64,000 nucleotides of DNA. It comes from Amoebidium appalachense. Lineage: Eukaryota; Protista; Ichthyosporea. Every line of letters begins with the position of its first letter. The stretch's first letter is position 1. Where the stretch lies: positions 5,012,708 to 5,076,707 of the forward strand of contig CAVNZM010000017.1 of assembly GCA_963693365.1 (NCBI GenBank), given 5' to 3'. Below the pieces are notes generated by a model. It saw only the letters and a program-made list of their open reading frames with translations. It was not told where the DNA came from and made no database searches. A program made the position numbers and the translations under genes. Below, piece after piece: positions 32,464 to 44,692 of this stretch.

Positions 32464-33465
32464 GTCGAAAAAGCTCAAATCGTTTCTCTCTGTATGCCCC
32501 AGTGTATGGGACCTGATAAGGAGGAGGTGAAGGCATGTCTCCCCTTTCTCCTCCTCCCCCTCCCCCCCCCCCCCCCTCCTCTGTCAAACCCCCTCCCCCC
32601 CCCCCCCCCCCCCCCTTCTTCCTTCCCCTGGGCCCATTACACTCGCATGCCTTCACATATTCCTGCCCATCTGGCCGTGTGTCCTTCCAAATTCAGTGTG
32701 CACTACTGTTACGGTATACGGAATTTTTGAAATTATCAAATAAACAAATAAAACTAAGTCAATTGTTACTAATTGAACCATATGATTACTATGGTCACAA
32801 AGATGTTATACGGATAAAACTATGAAAAGGAGCACCAAATTCAGGACCGTCTTGTGGTACATATGTATAATAAATGCTGATAAAACAAGGATTATTGAGG
32901 TCGTATCATTTGTCATCACATATGGCCACTACGCCGCTCTTTCCCTCTTTTCCCTTCTTCACTTCCCTTACTCATTTCCATTTCTTTTCTATTTTGGGTT
33001 GTGTGATTGCTAAAAACCAGAAGAATGCCCCCCCCTCCCCCCTCCCCCTCCCCTCCCCCCTCCCCCCTCCCCCCCTCTCCCCCTTCAAAAAAAAAAAAAG
33101 CCCCCCTTTTCCCCTAGCCCCCCCCCCCCCTCCTCCTCCCCTCCCCACTCCCTAGCCCCCCTAAACGAAAGGAGGCATTTTTGAGGGGGAGGGGGGCGGT
33201 GGGGGGGGGGGGGGGGGGCTGGGCTATCTCCCTTTCCGTTCTTCCCTTTTCCTAGGGCTTTCTTTCTGTTTTGTTTTATTTTAGATTCCCCAATTGTTTG
33301 TTTTTTTCGTTTTCTTTGTAAAATCGCACATGTCCCAGGATTTTCGCCATGCAGAGCCTCAGTTTTGACTTCTTTGTTATCATCAAGTGCGGAGAAAAAG
33401 TGGATTCCGGATTTACTTTCCTTACCTACTCCACCAAACCCCTCCACCCCCTCATCCCCCCCCCC

Positions 33466-33496
<31 letters not shown>

Positions 33497-33572
33497 ATAC
33501 ACACAAAAATACACACATACATGCACACACAAACACACGCGCGCACACCCGCACACACCCGCACACGCACAC

Positions 33573-33668
<96 letters not shown>

Positions 33669-33699
33669 GACAGACAGACACACAAGCACAATATACACA

Positions 33700-33759
<60 letters not shown>

Positions 33760-34213
33760 GCACATAGACACAGACACACACACACACACACATGCACGCA
33801 TACGCACACGTACGCAAGACACCCACCCACACCCACCCACACGCACACACACACACACACACACATTTTTTTATTTTTTATTTTATCCCGTTTCACTCCC
33901 GGAGGCACTGCCTAAGGGGAGCTAACGTCTTCCACAGTAGACACACGAATGTGCTCTCTACATAGTGCAACTATAAGTCAGGATACATAATCCCGACTGT
34001 CACTACATATTCTGGCAATTCTTAGCCCACGGGGTTGCCGCAGTCACGCTAGTGGGGATTGAGCAAACTCACTTCAACCAACACCTAGCCAGGAGTGACC
34101 CGGGGGAAAATAAAAGGGTATAAGCAAGAAAAAATGTTCGGAAAGTTAGAAACAATACAATAAGACGAAGCAGTGTGTTCGTGCTGCTCTGCATGGTGGA
34201 AAAGAAAGAAAGA

Positions 34214-34618
34214 AGAGCAGTGTGTTTGTGCTGCTCGGCATGGTAGAAGACTAGAGCAGGGTGTTGGTGCTGCTCGGCATGGTAGAAGACACTAGAGCAG
34301 GGTGTTGGTGCTGCTCGGCATGGTAGAAGACAATAGAGCAGGGTGTTGGTGCTGCTCGGCATGGTAGAAGACACTAGAGCAGGGTGTTGGTGCTGCTCGG
34401 CATGGTAGAAGACACTAGAGCAGGGTGTTGGTGCTGCTCGGCATGGTAGAAGACACTAGAGCAGGGTGATGGTGCTGCTCGGCATGGTAGAAGACACTAG
34501 AGCAGGGTGATGGTGCTGCTCGGCATGGTAGAAGACACTAGAGCAGGGTGTTGGTGCTGCTCGGCATGGTAGAGGACACTAGAGCAGGGTGTTGGTGCTG
34601 CTCGTCATGGTGGAAGAA
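34214..34618. repeat. 41-bp minisatellite, about 10 copies
   Basis: Unit AGAGCAGGGTGTTGGTGCTGCTCGGCATGGTAGAAGACACT; near-identical central copies, decayed edges. Confidence 0.95.
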
Positions 34619-35345
34619 GACAGCATGAACTTCGTGCGGCCTATTGGTATTCTTATGTTTTTCTAGAGTTTTTGACGCTTTAGTAAATTTCGTTTTTCCT
34701 GACAAAGTGCCCATGTCGCAAAACTAATAACTCGTGTTGTACTAGTCCTACGGCAACGGCTCAAACACGGCCATGTTGCCAGCGTTTGGCTCTATGCAAT
34801 GGTGTGCATGCCGCCCCTTGTGCGTAAATGTGGTGGAGTGTGGATGCAGCGGCGCACGGCCGTTTACGAAACACGTGTCGTGTTTTGTGCCTGGTCGCGA
34901 TGGCCCTGTGCGTGTTAAAATTTAAGAGAATAGGAATGTGCAAAATACGCATCTTGATTGGTTGCATTTTATCTGATGAGCCCGGAGTGGCGATCTTATT
35001 GGATAGTTAACTGCTATTTTTAAGGAATCATACTGCTTGTTCACCGATCACATATGGTTTTGATGTGATCGGGAGCCCGACATGGCGCGACTGAACACAC
35101 ACACACACACACCTCGTTTTTTTCATTCGTTGATTTACTTTCGTTCTTTAAACTTGAAGTTGTTGTTTCCTTTCCTGTGGCCTTAGTTGCCACAGGCCCG
35201 GAAGGATTTAACCCTTCCCGCCTCTCCCTCCTCCTCCAGTGCTCGTGTATAGGTGTTGAACACACCTCATAACAAACGCCCCGGGTAAACACCCTGTAAC
35301 TTCATTTCACTTTCAGTTTTCTCCCCCCCCCCTCCCGCCCCCCCC

Positions 35346-35388
<43 letters not shown>

Positions 35389-35511
35389 CCCCCCCCCCCC
35401 TCCCCCCCCCCTCCCCCCCCGCCCCGCCCGCTCCCCCACAAATTCGGATTATATTCTTTTTTTCTTTCTTTACGAAAAAGAACGTGTTTCGTGAAGCGCC
35501 CCCCCCCCCCC

Positions 35512-35542
<31 letters not shown>

Positions 35543-35670
35543 ACACAACTACACACACACTCCCCCTCCCTCCCGCAACTAATTGTTCCGTTTCAATTTT
35601 TTTCTCCAAACTTCTTCGTTGCCAATAGGCTGCTGATGCAAATAAAAAACCGGAACTCTCCACAATGTAA

Positions 35671-35860
35671 CTATCCTCCGGGGCTGTTAAGAAACATATC
35701 CGTATTTGACGGCATCGGAAGTTCTGGGAACCGACGAAATTTCGCTCTCGTTGCGGTTGCCGCGTAGTTGACGCCAACGTGCCCGGCACCATTTTCATGG
35801 CCATTTGTAAATAATTGTTCTCCCAGTTTTTCTTCACACTGATCAGGCACAGATACACAC
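35671..35860 (-). pseudogene. Possible relic of an integrase zinc-binding (H2C2-type) domain
   Basis: VPDQCEEKLGEQLFTNGHENGAGHVGVNYAATATRAKF fits the VP...H...GHxG pattern. The CxxC half and the DDE core are not seen. Confidence 0.35.
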
Positions 35861-36799
35861 CCAGTCACGTCACACCCTGGGAGCATGGCATGGCCAACGT
35901 GTCGTGGCAACAAACAGAGTGTATATGAACTACTCTAACTATCTGCACGCTTAAAGGGGCTCGAAACCGTGTATACGTATAAACTTTTCTTTGAGTTGGG
36001 TGGGAAGCGAGTTTTTTGTGTTCTGAGAAGAACTTCCAAAAGCCCGCGACCCCGCGAGACACTTCACAGACACGCGGCCCACTGGCCAGACAAATACCAC
36101 AGTGACATTCAGCCAATCACAACACTCCCTCCCCCACAGACTACACGCACTCCACACCATTGGCTACCGCGACCTCAGACACCCCTACAGCACTACAACA
36201 CGTACACACGTTTACTCACAATACATATAAGCATACACACACGCGAGCAGGCAACATGGGTCTCGCCACGCACACAGCAAGAAGCAATACAACATTTAAC
36301 ATGGAGAGTACGCAGAGGCATGGGGCATGCACGCGCGCACCAAACAATCAGCCGCCGCTGCATCAGATTCTCCCCATACCACTGATTAATCTCCTCATAC
36401 CCCATTTAGACCCCGGCATCACTATGCAAGAAAACCCCCGAAATTAACTCACCAAAACACAAAATATAGAAGTAAACTAATACGAATCAGCTGCTCAAAA
36501 CATGCATATGCTATATGATGCATGCGCCACACGTTATGATGGGGCTGAGATCTCGAGCCATATATATATGCATGCGTGCACAGTCTCCCAGATCGATAAT
36601 ACGAGAGATGTCCCTGGGCATACACCATCTATTTTTTTCACCTGAAAACTTGCCGTCGCGTGGCCCCCACGGCCAAATAATGAGTCTATGTTGCTACATA
36701 TGTATGACGAATAGTGCATACCAGTTTAATATGCTGTACTTGCACGGGATACTAGCACGGGCACAGCTGGCTCAGAGAGTAGTCACCGGACCGCTCTAC

Positions 36800-37170
36800 C
36801 CGTCGCATGCATGCACAAGCATGGGCACCCAAACGTAGTAGGCGATGAAAAGTCTGTCGCGACGAGCACGTGGGTGTGTTGTCGGGGCTACTTTCCGCAG
36901 CCGCAACTTGAATTTGGCTTTGAGATGGTCTGCGTGTGTACGGTACCGTTGCCGTAGGTCTGCTTGATGTTCTTGACACACGATCCGGATCCCTGTCCCT
37001 TGGCCATTTTTGAGGTTCAGTCAGGCGTATGTCCCGCCGGCGTTATAAGTTGGGATTGGAGAGTTGTGGAACTCAAGGGTGTTAGAACTTCTGAGATGCA
37101 ACTGTGTGTGTTTCTTCCTTTTGTACCTCCACCGGCGTGCCCAAGCCACCCATCCCCTCGATCGAGAAGG
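36800..37170 (-). mobile_element. Degenerate non-LTR retrotransposon RT C-terminal fragment
   Basis: WVAWARRWRYKRKKH...LEFHNSPIPTYNAGGTYA*LNL...RLFIAYYVWVPMLVH resembles the post-YADD IP...YxYLG region; in-frame stop present. Confidence 0.4.
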
Positions 37171-37372
37171 ATCTGATATGGCATATGCATCTTGTGGAAA
37201 CCTCGGACAATACTATACATAGTTAAATACATAGCATCTTGCACGTACCGTGCAATTCAACAGTCTGACTCGCCCTTACCACGCAATATTTGGTATGTTT
37301 TGTATCGTTAGAAAATTATGTGTTACATTATGTGTACCTACTTCACTATATTTGGAACGCCACTCTGTGAAC

Positions 37373-37399
37373 CACGGCCCTCTGTGTTAGAGGGCCGTG
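37373..37399. mobile_element. 27-bp palindromic insertion with 8-bp target-site duplication
   Basis: CTGTGAAC [CACGGCCCTCT GTGTT AGAGGGCCGTG] CTGTGAAC: perfect 11-bp inverted repeats, direct repeats at 37365-37372 and 37400-37407. Confidence 0.75.
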
Positions 37400-37739
37400 C
37401 TGTGAACGGACCGCAGCACTGCCAACCTGGCCGCTTCGTACAACGGATCAGTCGCGCCAATTCAATTTTTTTTGGGTGCGTCTGATTGGGCATTAGGGCA
37501 CCCTATAAAACCAAGGTCTGTATCTACAATTTTAGACACGATTGAGGTTAATCCGATCGAGGATTCCAATTATCCGATGAACCTATCAACCGATCAAGGG
37601 CATGACGTCATTTGTTAACAAATATCACGCAGTTGTTTTGGCGCTTAGCTTGAAACTTTGCCGAGGGCGAGAACTTGAGAAGTATGTCGACAATTCGGCG
37701 ATATCGTCTCCTGATTGGTGACCCCACATCTGAGAAATG

Positions 37740-38370
37740 TGGCTCTCGGTTGCTTCCCGGGCCAGACGCACTACTGTCACAGACGCTAAAATGCCCACTG
37801 AGATACGGAGGTTGGTCTTTAGATCTTGCTTCAAATTGACAATTTGACGTTTCACCACAACATTGGGGCACCCTATTGGCGTGCTTCAAAGCCTTCAAAT
37901 TGACATATTGTAGTCACTTTAATGCTGTCTGTCTCTGTCATGCTTCGTATGTTACACTCCTATGAGACTGCAATTACCACAACGTCAATCCTGGATGGTC
38001 AACACGTTTGCGAACGGTCCGCCGGTGATGGTAAGCGATGGCAAATCAGTGAAGGCGTCTGATTGGTCGATAGCGCACCGGGTTTTAGCTAATCGTATTA
38101 CAGGCTGGATGTCCAAAAATGGCTACAATCTATCCCGCGATAGGCAATATATCGAACCCTGTGGAATGCTCTCGAGTCTATTGGATAGCATACTACCTTT
38201 CTATGGTTATTTGTGTGTATGAACATGTGCAACGGGAGATGGCATAGCATGATGCTGCAAAGGTGTGGAACAGCCTCGATCACAAATTTGATTGCCAGTA
38301 CACTTTTATCAAATAGTGTCTTGAAGCGAACAGTCTTGAATTTTCGAAGCCTGCAATCGTTGCTCAATGA
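37740..38370 (+). mobile_element. Degenerate non-LTR retrotransposon RT N-terminal fragment
   Basis: LLPGPDALLSQTLK (PGPD motif of RT domain 0), then DWSIAHRVLANRITGWMSKNGYNLSRDRQ (domain 2-like). Frames disrupted. Confidence 0.5.
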
Positions 38371-38429
38371 TTTTGAAGCGGGCGGGAGGGAAGGAGTGAG
38401 GGAGGGAGGGAGGGAGACCGAGGGGGGAT

Positions 38430-38465
<36 letters not shown>

Positions 38466-38554
38466 GAGAACGACTTTTTGGCCCATGGGGGGTAGGAAGG
38501 GGGGCCGGGGGGGGGGGGGGGGGGGGGGGGGGAGTTAGTAGCCATCATTTTTTT

Positions 38555-38607
<53 letters not shown>

Positions 38608-38671
38608 CGGGGGGGGGGGGGGGGGAGGGAGGGGGGGGGGGGGGAGGGAGGGGGGAGAGGGGGGGGGGGGA

Positions 38672-38704
<33 letters not shown>

Positions 38705-38750
38705 GATTTCAGACGTCTCGAGCTCCCTCTTGGGTCCATCACAGAGATGC

Positions 38751-38826
38751 TTCCATTATGATGATAATAACAAATGTTGCTCTCTCCTTCTTCCATTATG
38801 ATGATAATAACAAATGTTGCTCTCTC
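38751..38826. repeat. Perfect 36-bp tandem duplication (40-bp period)
   Basis: TTCCATTATGATGATAATAACAAATGTTGCTCTCTC at 38751 and 38791. Confidence 0.9.
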
Positions 38827-38844
38827 GTTCTAAATGGACCCCCC

Positions 38845-38875
<31 letters not shown>

Positions 38876-39326
38876 AAAAAAAAAAGAAAGAAAGAAAGAA
38901 AGAAAGAAAGAAAAGAATGAATGAAAGAAAGATTATGAAAGAAAAAAAGAAAGAAAAAAAGAAAGAAAAAAAGAAAAGAAAAAAAAAAAAAAAAACGAAA
39001 GAAAAAAACGAAAAAACGAAAAAAGAAAAGGAAAGGGAACAAGCAATCTCCCTGATCCGAAATTCACCTGCAAGGCTTCCCGCACGGCCTCCCTCGGCCC
39101 CAATCGAATTGAGTGCACGCGCGAGCACCTACGCTTCATTTATTATGTTGGTCACTGCCGGGGAGACTGACTGCCTACCAGCTGGTACCACCACTAAAAG
39201 CAACGGTGTGATTTAGCCCCCATTCCAACTACACTAAGTTGCATGTAATACATAGTTCTGCGGAACACTCATTGACGACACAGGTAATTACTGAAGTTTC
39301 ACAATACTGTGAGAGTCACGCACGCG

Positions 39327-39374
<48 letters not shown>

Positions 39375-39376
39375 GT

Positions 39377-39418
<42 letters not shown>

Positions 39419-40018
39419 TGTTGTGACTTGCGGGCAACTTTGAAAATTCTCCCTCACTCTTCCCATAGGTCCCTCTTTCCCCTCTCCCTCCCCCTCCCCC
39501 TTCCGCACCCCCCCCCTCCCCCCCCCCTTCCCCCTCCCCCCAATGAGTGTGGCCAAGTCTCTCTCTCTTCCCCCCCCCCCCCCCCTGGGGCCCCCGTTGC
39601 ACTTTGTCCAGCTTGCTCATACACGTGCATGCACACAGAGTCTATTATAATGACTTTACAGACAACACACACAGTGTACATGCACTAACACACGTTCCCA
39701 CACAGTGTCACATCACGGCGTAGCACACACACGCATGTGCGAGTGCAAATTCGGCATACTGCAGAGGCTAGCTAGGCACCCACCTCATCACACCTACACA
39801 ACTTGAGCACACCGTGTCACACACGTGTGCACACAAACACAAACACACGTTGCCACAGTGACATACTGTGACACACAGACACACACAACTGCAAGTTGTC
39901 ACAGCACCGTGAGCATAATCGAAACTTGCCCCATGGCCATATCACACGTCCACCCCTGCGGGTAGCTGAGGCCGGGGGGGGGAGTGGGCCAGACCCACCA
40001 CACCTTCGAGCAGGTGCC

Positions 40019-40049
<31 letters not shown>

Positions 40050-40595
40050 ACACACACATACACCACACACACGTTCCCTGGGAGGGAGGTGCCACCAGGT
40101 GGAACTTCTGTATAATATTATACTATAGCTCTCCTCCCTCCCCTCCCTTCCAGATTCAAGAATCCCTGACATTTACCTATCAGATCAGTATTATTGTCTC
40201 ACTCCGAGTGAACAGACTGTTTCGTTTTGTTTTGGGCAGCATCATATGCTGAGTACCATCATGAACTTCCAAAGTCAGGGACCACGGTCAGAACGTCAGA
40301 ATGAATTTGATGTAGGGGTTTTCTTTTTCTTGTCCCCCCCCCCCCCCCCCCGTTTTCCCCTTTATCCCCCCCCCCCCCCCCCCCATCCTAGGCCTCCTCC
40401 CCCCCCCCCCCCTCCCCCCCCCCCCTCCTCCTCCTCCTCTGTGCGGAAAAGGCGAAAGCTAAGAACCGGGGGTGAGGTATATTAATTGAATGTAATCGTG
40501 AGTCACTGGTGCTGCAACTTATTTTGAAAGCTTTAGTATGATTTTCTTTCTTTTTTTCCTTTTTAACTATTTTCTTTCTTTCTTTCATTTTTTTT

Positions 40596-40626
<31 letters not shown>

Positions 40627-41397
40627 GGGGGGGAGGCTGTAGAAAGGGGGGGCTGGACTCAGGGGATCAACTGCAGGAGAGAGAAAAGTACGATCAATTA
40701 AGCAGCCTTCACCCCGAGTATATCATCAACTTAACCTTGCAAGGACAGTATTCACTCCAAACCCTCTCCCACCAAGAGTCCCCTTCCAAATCAAAGTGCC
40801 CATACACACATGTGCCACGGTCTACAATATACAAAACTCCCCCAACCAACTGCAAACCCAAGCTTCTAAGATATCTGCTTCTCCCTCCCACTTAATTGAT
40901 ATAATCGTCTTGCCGATGGAATTTTTATGATACCCGGGCACTAGACTGTCCTCCCAATCCTCTGGTGCTTCTTCTTTCTACAATACATCATCTCAGTCTT
41001 TCGCGAATCAGTTCAAGGCAGACAGGCGGCACTGCATGGGTGCATTTGGTCACACTCGTCTCCAGTCGCCGACTGCGCTAGCACACACACACACACTGTC
41101 ACACGTAAAATCACACACGTACCTGCACATGCATGTACTACCACACACACGAGGGGCACAAACGTTGACCAGCGATTAGCCTCACCGGTACCCAACATAC
41201 GCATGAACATGCAGACACACTCACCTTCACCACACACACATACATACGAGTCCCATCCACACAGATGCCCACATATGAACATTGCACGGTGAGCACGATA
41301 ACGTTGCCCCCCATGATTCATTATTTAGAAACAGTTGACCGTTGCATGTGTGTCTGTGTGCGTGATGTGTGTGTGTGTGTGTGTGTGGGTGTGTGTG

Positions 41398-42724
41398 GGT
41401 GTGCCGCCTGCACTTCTCTATGCTGATGATCTGTCCCTCCTTGCCCGTACCCCTAGACGCCTGCAAAGATTGTTCGATGTAGTGTCAGAGTGGTGCAAGG
41501 CAAACCTTATGATCCTTAACATAGACAAATGTGGTGTTCTTGTACCTGATATAGCTAACAATTTACACACATTTACATTATCATCTAAACCTGTACCTAT
41601 AGTTCCAGAATACAAATATCTTGGTGTTCCGGTTGATTCTGTTGGTGTTATGTTTCCCCATATGGTCGAAAAGAGGGTAGAGTTGGCTCGTAAGCGGTTA
41701 GCTTTCTTCTCGGCTAATATTTTTAAAGACACACCCCTCCATCCTTCTATTAGACTTACATTTATTCGCACTTTTGTCTTCCCGGCATGTGAATATGGTT
41801 TACCCCTTCTCGCCGCTTGGATCAAGAAAGAGAGAACTAGAGCGCTTAAACCCTTGGCAAATTTCCTTGAAGCAGAAGTTGCCTCCTTTCTATCTAACAA
41901 CTGTTGTAAACCTGGGCCTGTAACGCTCTCGATATATGGTCTGGTCCCAATAGCTGCTAGAGTATCCTATCTCGCGCTGAAATTCAATAAGCACATAAGC
42001 CGCTTAAAGAAGTATTTGCCCTCCCACCCTCTCTTCTCTATCCGACCTGTCCCCTCCTCACCTCTCCCCTCTTTCCTCCCCCTCTCTCTCCCCTTCTCCC
42101 CTGGGCACAAATACAAATAAACCCCGCAATAGTGTGTGTGTGACTTTGGACTGCCACTTACTTATTAAACATGTACACAATCACAAGATAATCACGCAAT
42201 ATAACAAATGGAAAAAGATACCACACGACACTAGACCCGATGAAAGCATACACCTTGAAAAACTAAGCCTTATGTCTCGTTTTATATATACTGACCGCCT
42301 CAACCATATTGCCAAATATGGCACTCGCAAGTGTATAACACCTAAATACATATTACCTTCCTGTAGAACTGGTCTTTCTCTAGCTGATGGTATTATTGAT
42401 CAATTACCACGCTTTTACTGTACACGTGCTATACAGTGGAGATCTAATAAGTATAAGGTGGCATCATTTGCATGCCCAAACAACACACACACACACCAGT
42501 TTAACCGGTCATGTATCGCCAAATGTAGTTTGATAGACCACATAATACCGCAACACACACACGTCACATTCACAACAGACACCCAGAAAGATAGCCTACC
42601 TGTAAATTACAACATCCTTGATTTTATACTAAACACGCGTAACTACGACCTGTTTATTAGATGTATTGATTGGCTTGAGAAACACATCACTACAAAATTA
42701 TAGCGCACGCGCACACACACACAC

Positions 42725-42777
<53 letters not shown>

Positions 42778-42809
42778 CCAGCTGATACCGAGTGTCCCGA
42801 GGGGAGCCC

Positions 42810-42861
<52 letters not shown>

Positions 42862-43057
42862 GGGGAACCCCAACTAATTGATTTCTCCTTGTAGTCTTTA
42901 TGGTGTCTCGTAGAGAAAGTAAACCCTGATATATAGTCACCACCCGACATCTATGTACGTGATCATGATATACCGCTGAGGGGATATTCCGAGCAAACCC
43001 CCCCCCCCCATACCTGAGACTGGTTCTCTTTGCCTCGAGTAAACAGCGTAAACCCCC
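41398..43057 (+). mobile_element. 5'-truncated LINE (copy A): RT C-terminal half, Cys/His-containing C-terminal domain and composite 3' tail
   Basis: LLYADDLSLL, LNIDKC, YKYLGV, FIRTFVFPACEYG. Frameshift near 42060-42130; second frame ends ILDFILN...HITTKL* at 42703. Then (CA)n, spacer, poly-A and ~195 bp shared with copies B and C. Confidence 0.9.
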
Positions 43058-43311
43058 AAGTACATGTGCGCCTGCATTTGTGTAAAATTAATGAGCAGAG
43101 TGAGGGGGGGGGGGGGGGGGGGGAGTAGGGCAATGGGGGGGGGGGGGGGGAGTCGTTAGGAAATCATTACAGAGCATATAGAACACATTTGCCAAGACGG
43201 CATCACAGAGCAGACCATGCAAAGAACACACAAAGAGTATGCATCCGGCAGAAGAAGAGCATAAGCACGAAGGGGTGGGAAGTGTGTGCGTGTTACTCAG
43301 TTGCAGCACGA

Positions 43312-43351
<40 letters not shown>

Positions 43352-43370
43352 CAAATTGTGTGTGTGTGTG

Positions 43371-43405
<35 letters not shown>

Positions 43406-44692
43406 GGGCCCGGGAATAGTGCATCAGTGTCCAAAACAGAAGCATTAATTCTATAAAAGACCAAAAAAAAAATACAAACAAAAAAAAACAAAAAAAACTA
43501 CAAATAGTTTGGTGGGTGGAAAAGATTCGGACACTGCCATGATCACGCGTACATGCGCGCGGGGGGAGGGGGGAAGGGGTGGGAGGGGCACCCACCCCTG
43601 CGGCTACCTTGGGGAAGAGTGGGGCGGGGGGTACCATCAGGGGGGACGTCGATATTTCCAACCCCCCGGCCACTGCCCCCATTTCAAATCTTCCAAAAAT
43701 CCCCAAGAGGTACGTGTACGCGTGTGTAGTCACTGACGGCGAATACGCATATTTAGTCTGGTGTGTGTATACGGTAACGGTTACCGTTCAGTGTCCACAG
43801 CGTGTATGTGTGTTGAACTTCACGATGATCGTATCTATGCACCCAAACCGGCTTCGAAAGCTGGCCGCCCACTGCTGCAGCATGCACACGTGTGGGTAGA
43901 GGGGCCGAAGGGAAGCCCGAGGAAATCACAGCTACTAATATACCAAAGATTCAGAAGACGAACACCCTTCGCTGAATCGGTATCCCACCCTTCACGTTGA
44001 CTCAGCGTACGTGTGTGTACGGCAAAGTGTGGATATGTGGATGGCCCGATACGTGTGTGTGTGCGGGGTGGCTGGACATGGAATTTTTCCATCTGATTGA
44101 GATCGCCAACCATTTTTTGCGCTTCACTTGAACAGCAAAGGCAGTAACCGTGCACGCTAGACTTACGTACATGTACCCGGGTACCATCATGATGGGGGTG
44201 TCCTTGTGTGGTGGTGTGTGTGGGTGCACGGGTAGACCAATACCATACATGCACACAGTACCACTTTCGATTTCACAGAAAAGGCACCCACTCCAAATTC
44301 CTTAGTCGCTTGAGTATATGGGGCGCTTCACTTGCACTGACCCCCCCCCCCCCCCCCATACACAAAAACCCCCCTGCGCCATACACATGAACACACTACC
44401 TGTCCCGTGCAAGGTATCTTCGTCGCCAATGGACATAGCACATGAGCCAGATTGCACATATCACAACTGGCACCAGCAGTGGCAACAAAAGGGTGTCGGA
44501 CTCATGCAAGCACGCCCCACATGCACCCATGTACATGTGCACAGCCGGCTCAAGAATGAGAAAAAAAAGAGCGCCCACACCACATTTCGTCCACTTTTTC
44601 GAGACAAAAGCTGATATGGGAGTTTATAAATGCAACATACTTATAAGTCTGTACAACAGAACTGGGCCAGGAGTGGTTTATTCCCTCGCTGC

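Noticed and set aside
34214-34618. CRISPR-like regular repeat
   Set aside because: Head-to-tail units with no unique spacers, no cas genes, eukaryotic context.
40700-41010. Fragment LLRYLL...RLADGIFMIP resembling the LINE C-terminal region
   Set aside because: Similarity too short and broken to call by eye.
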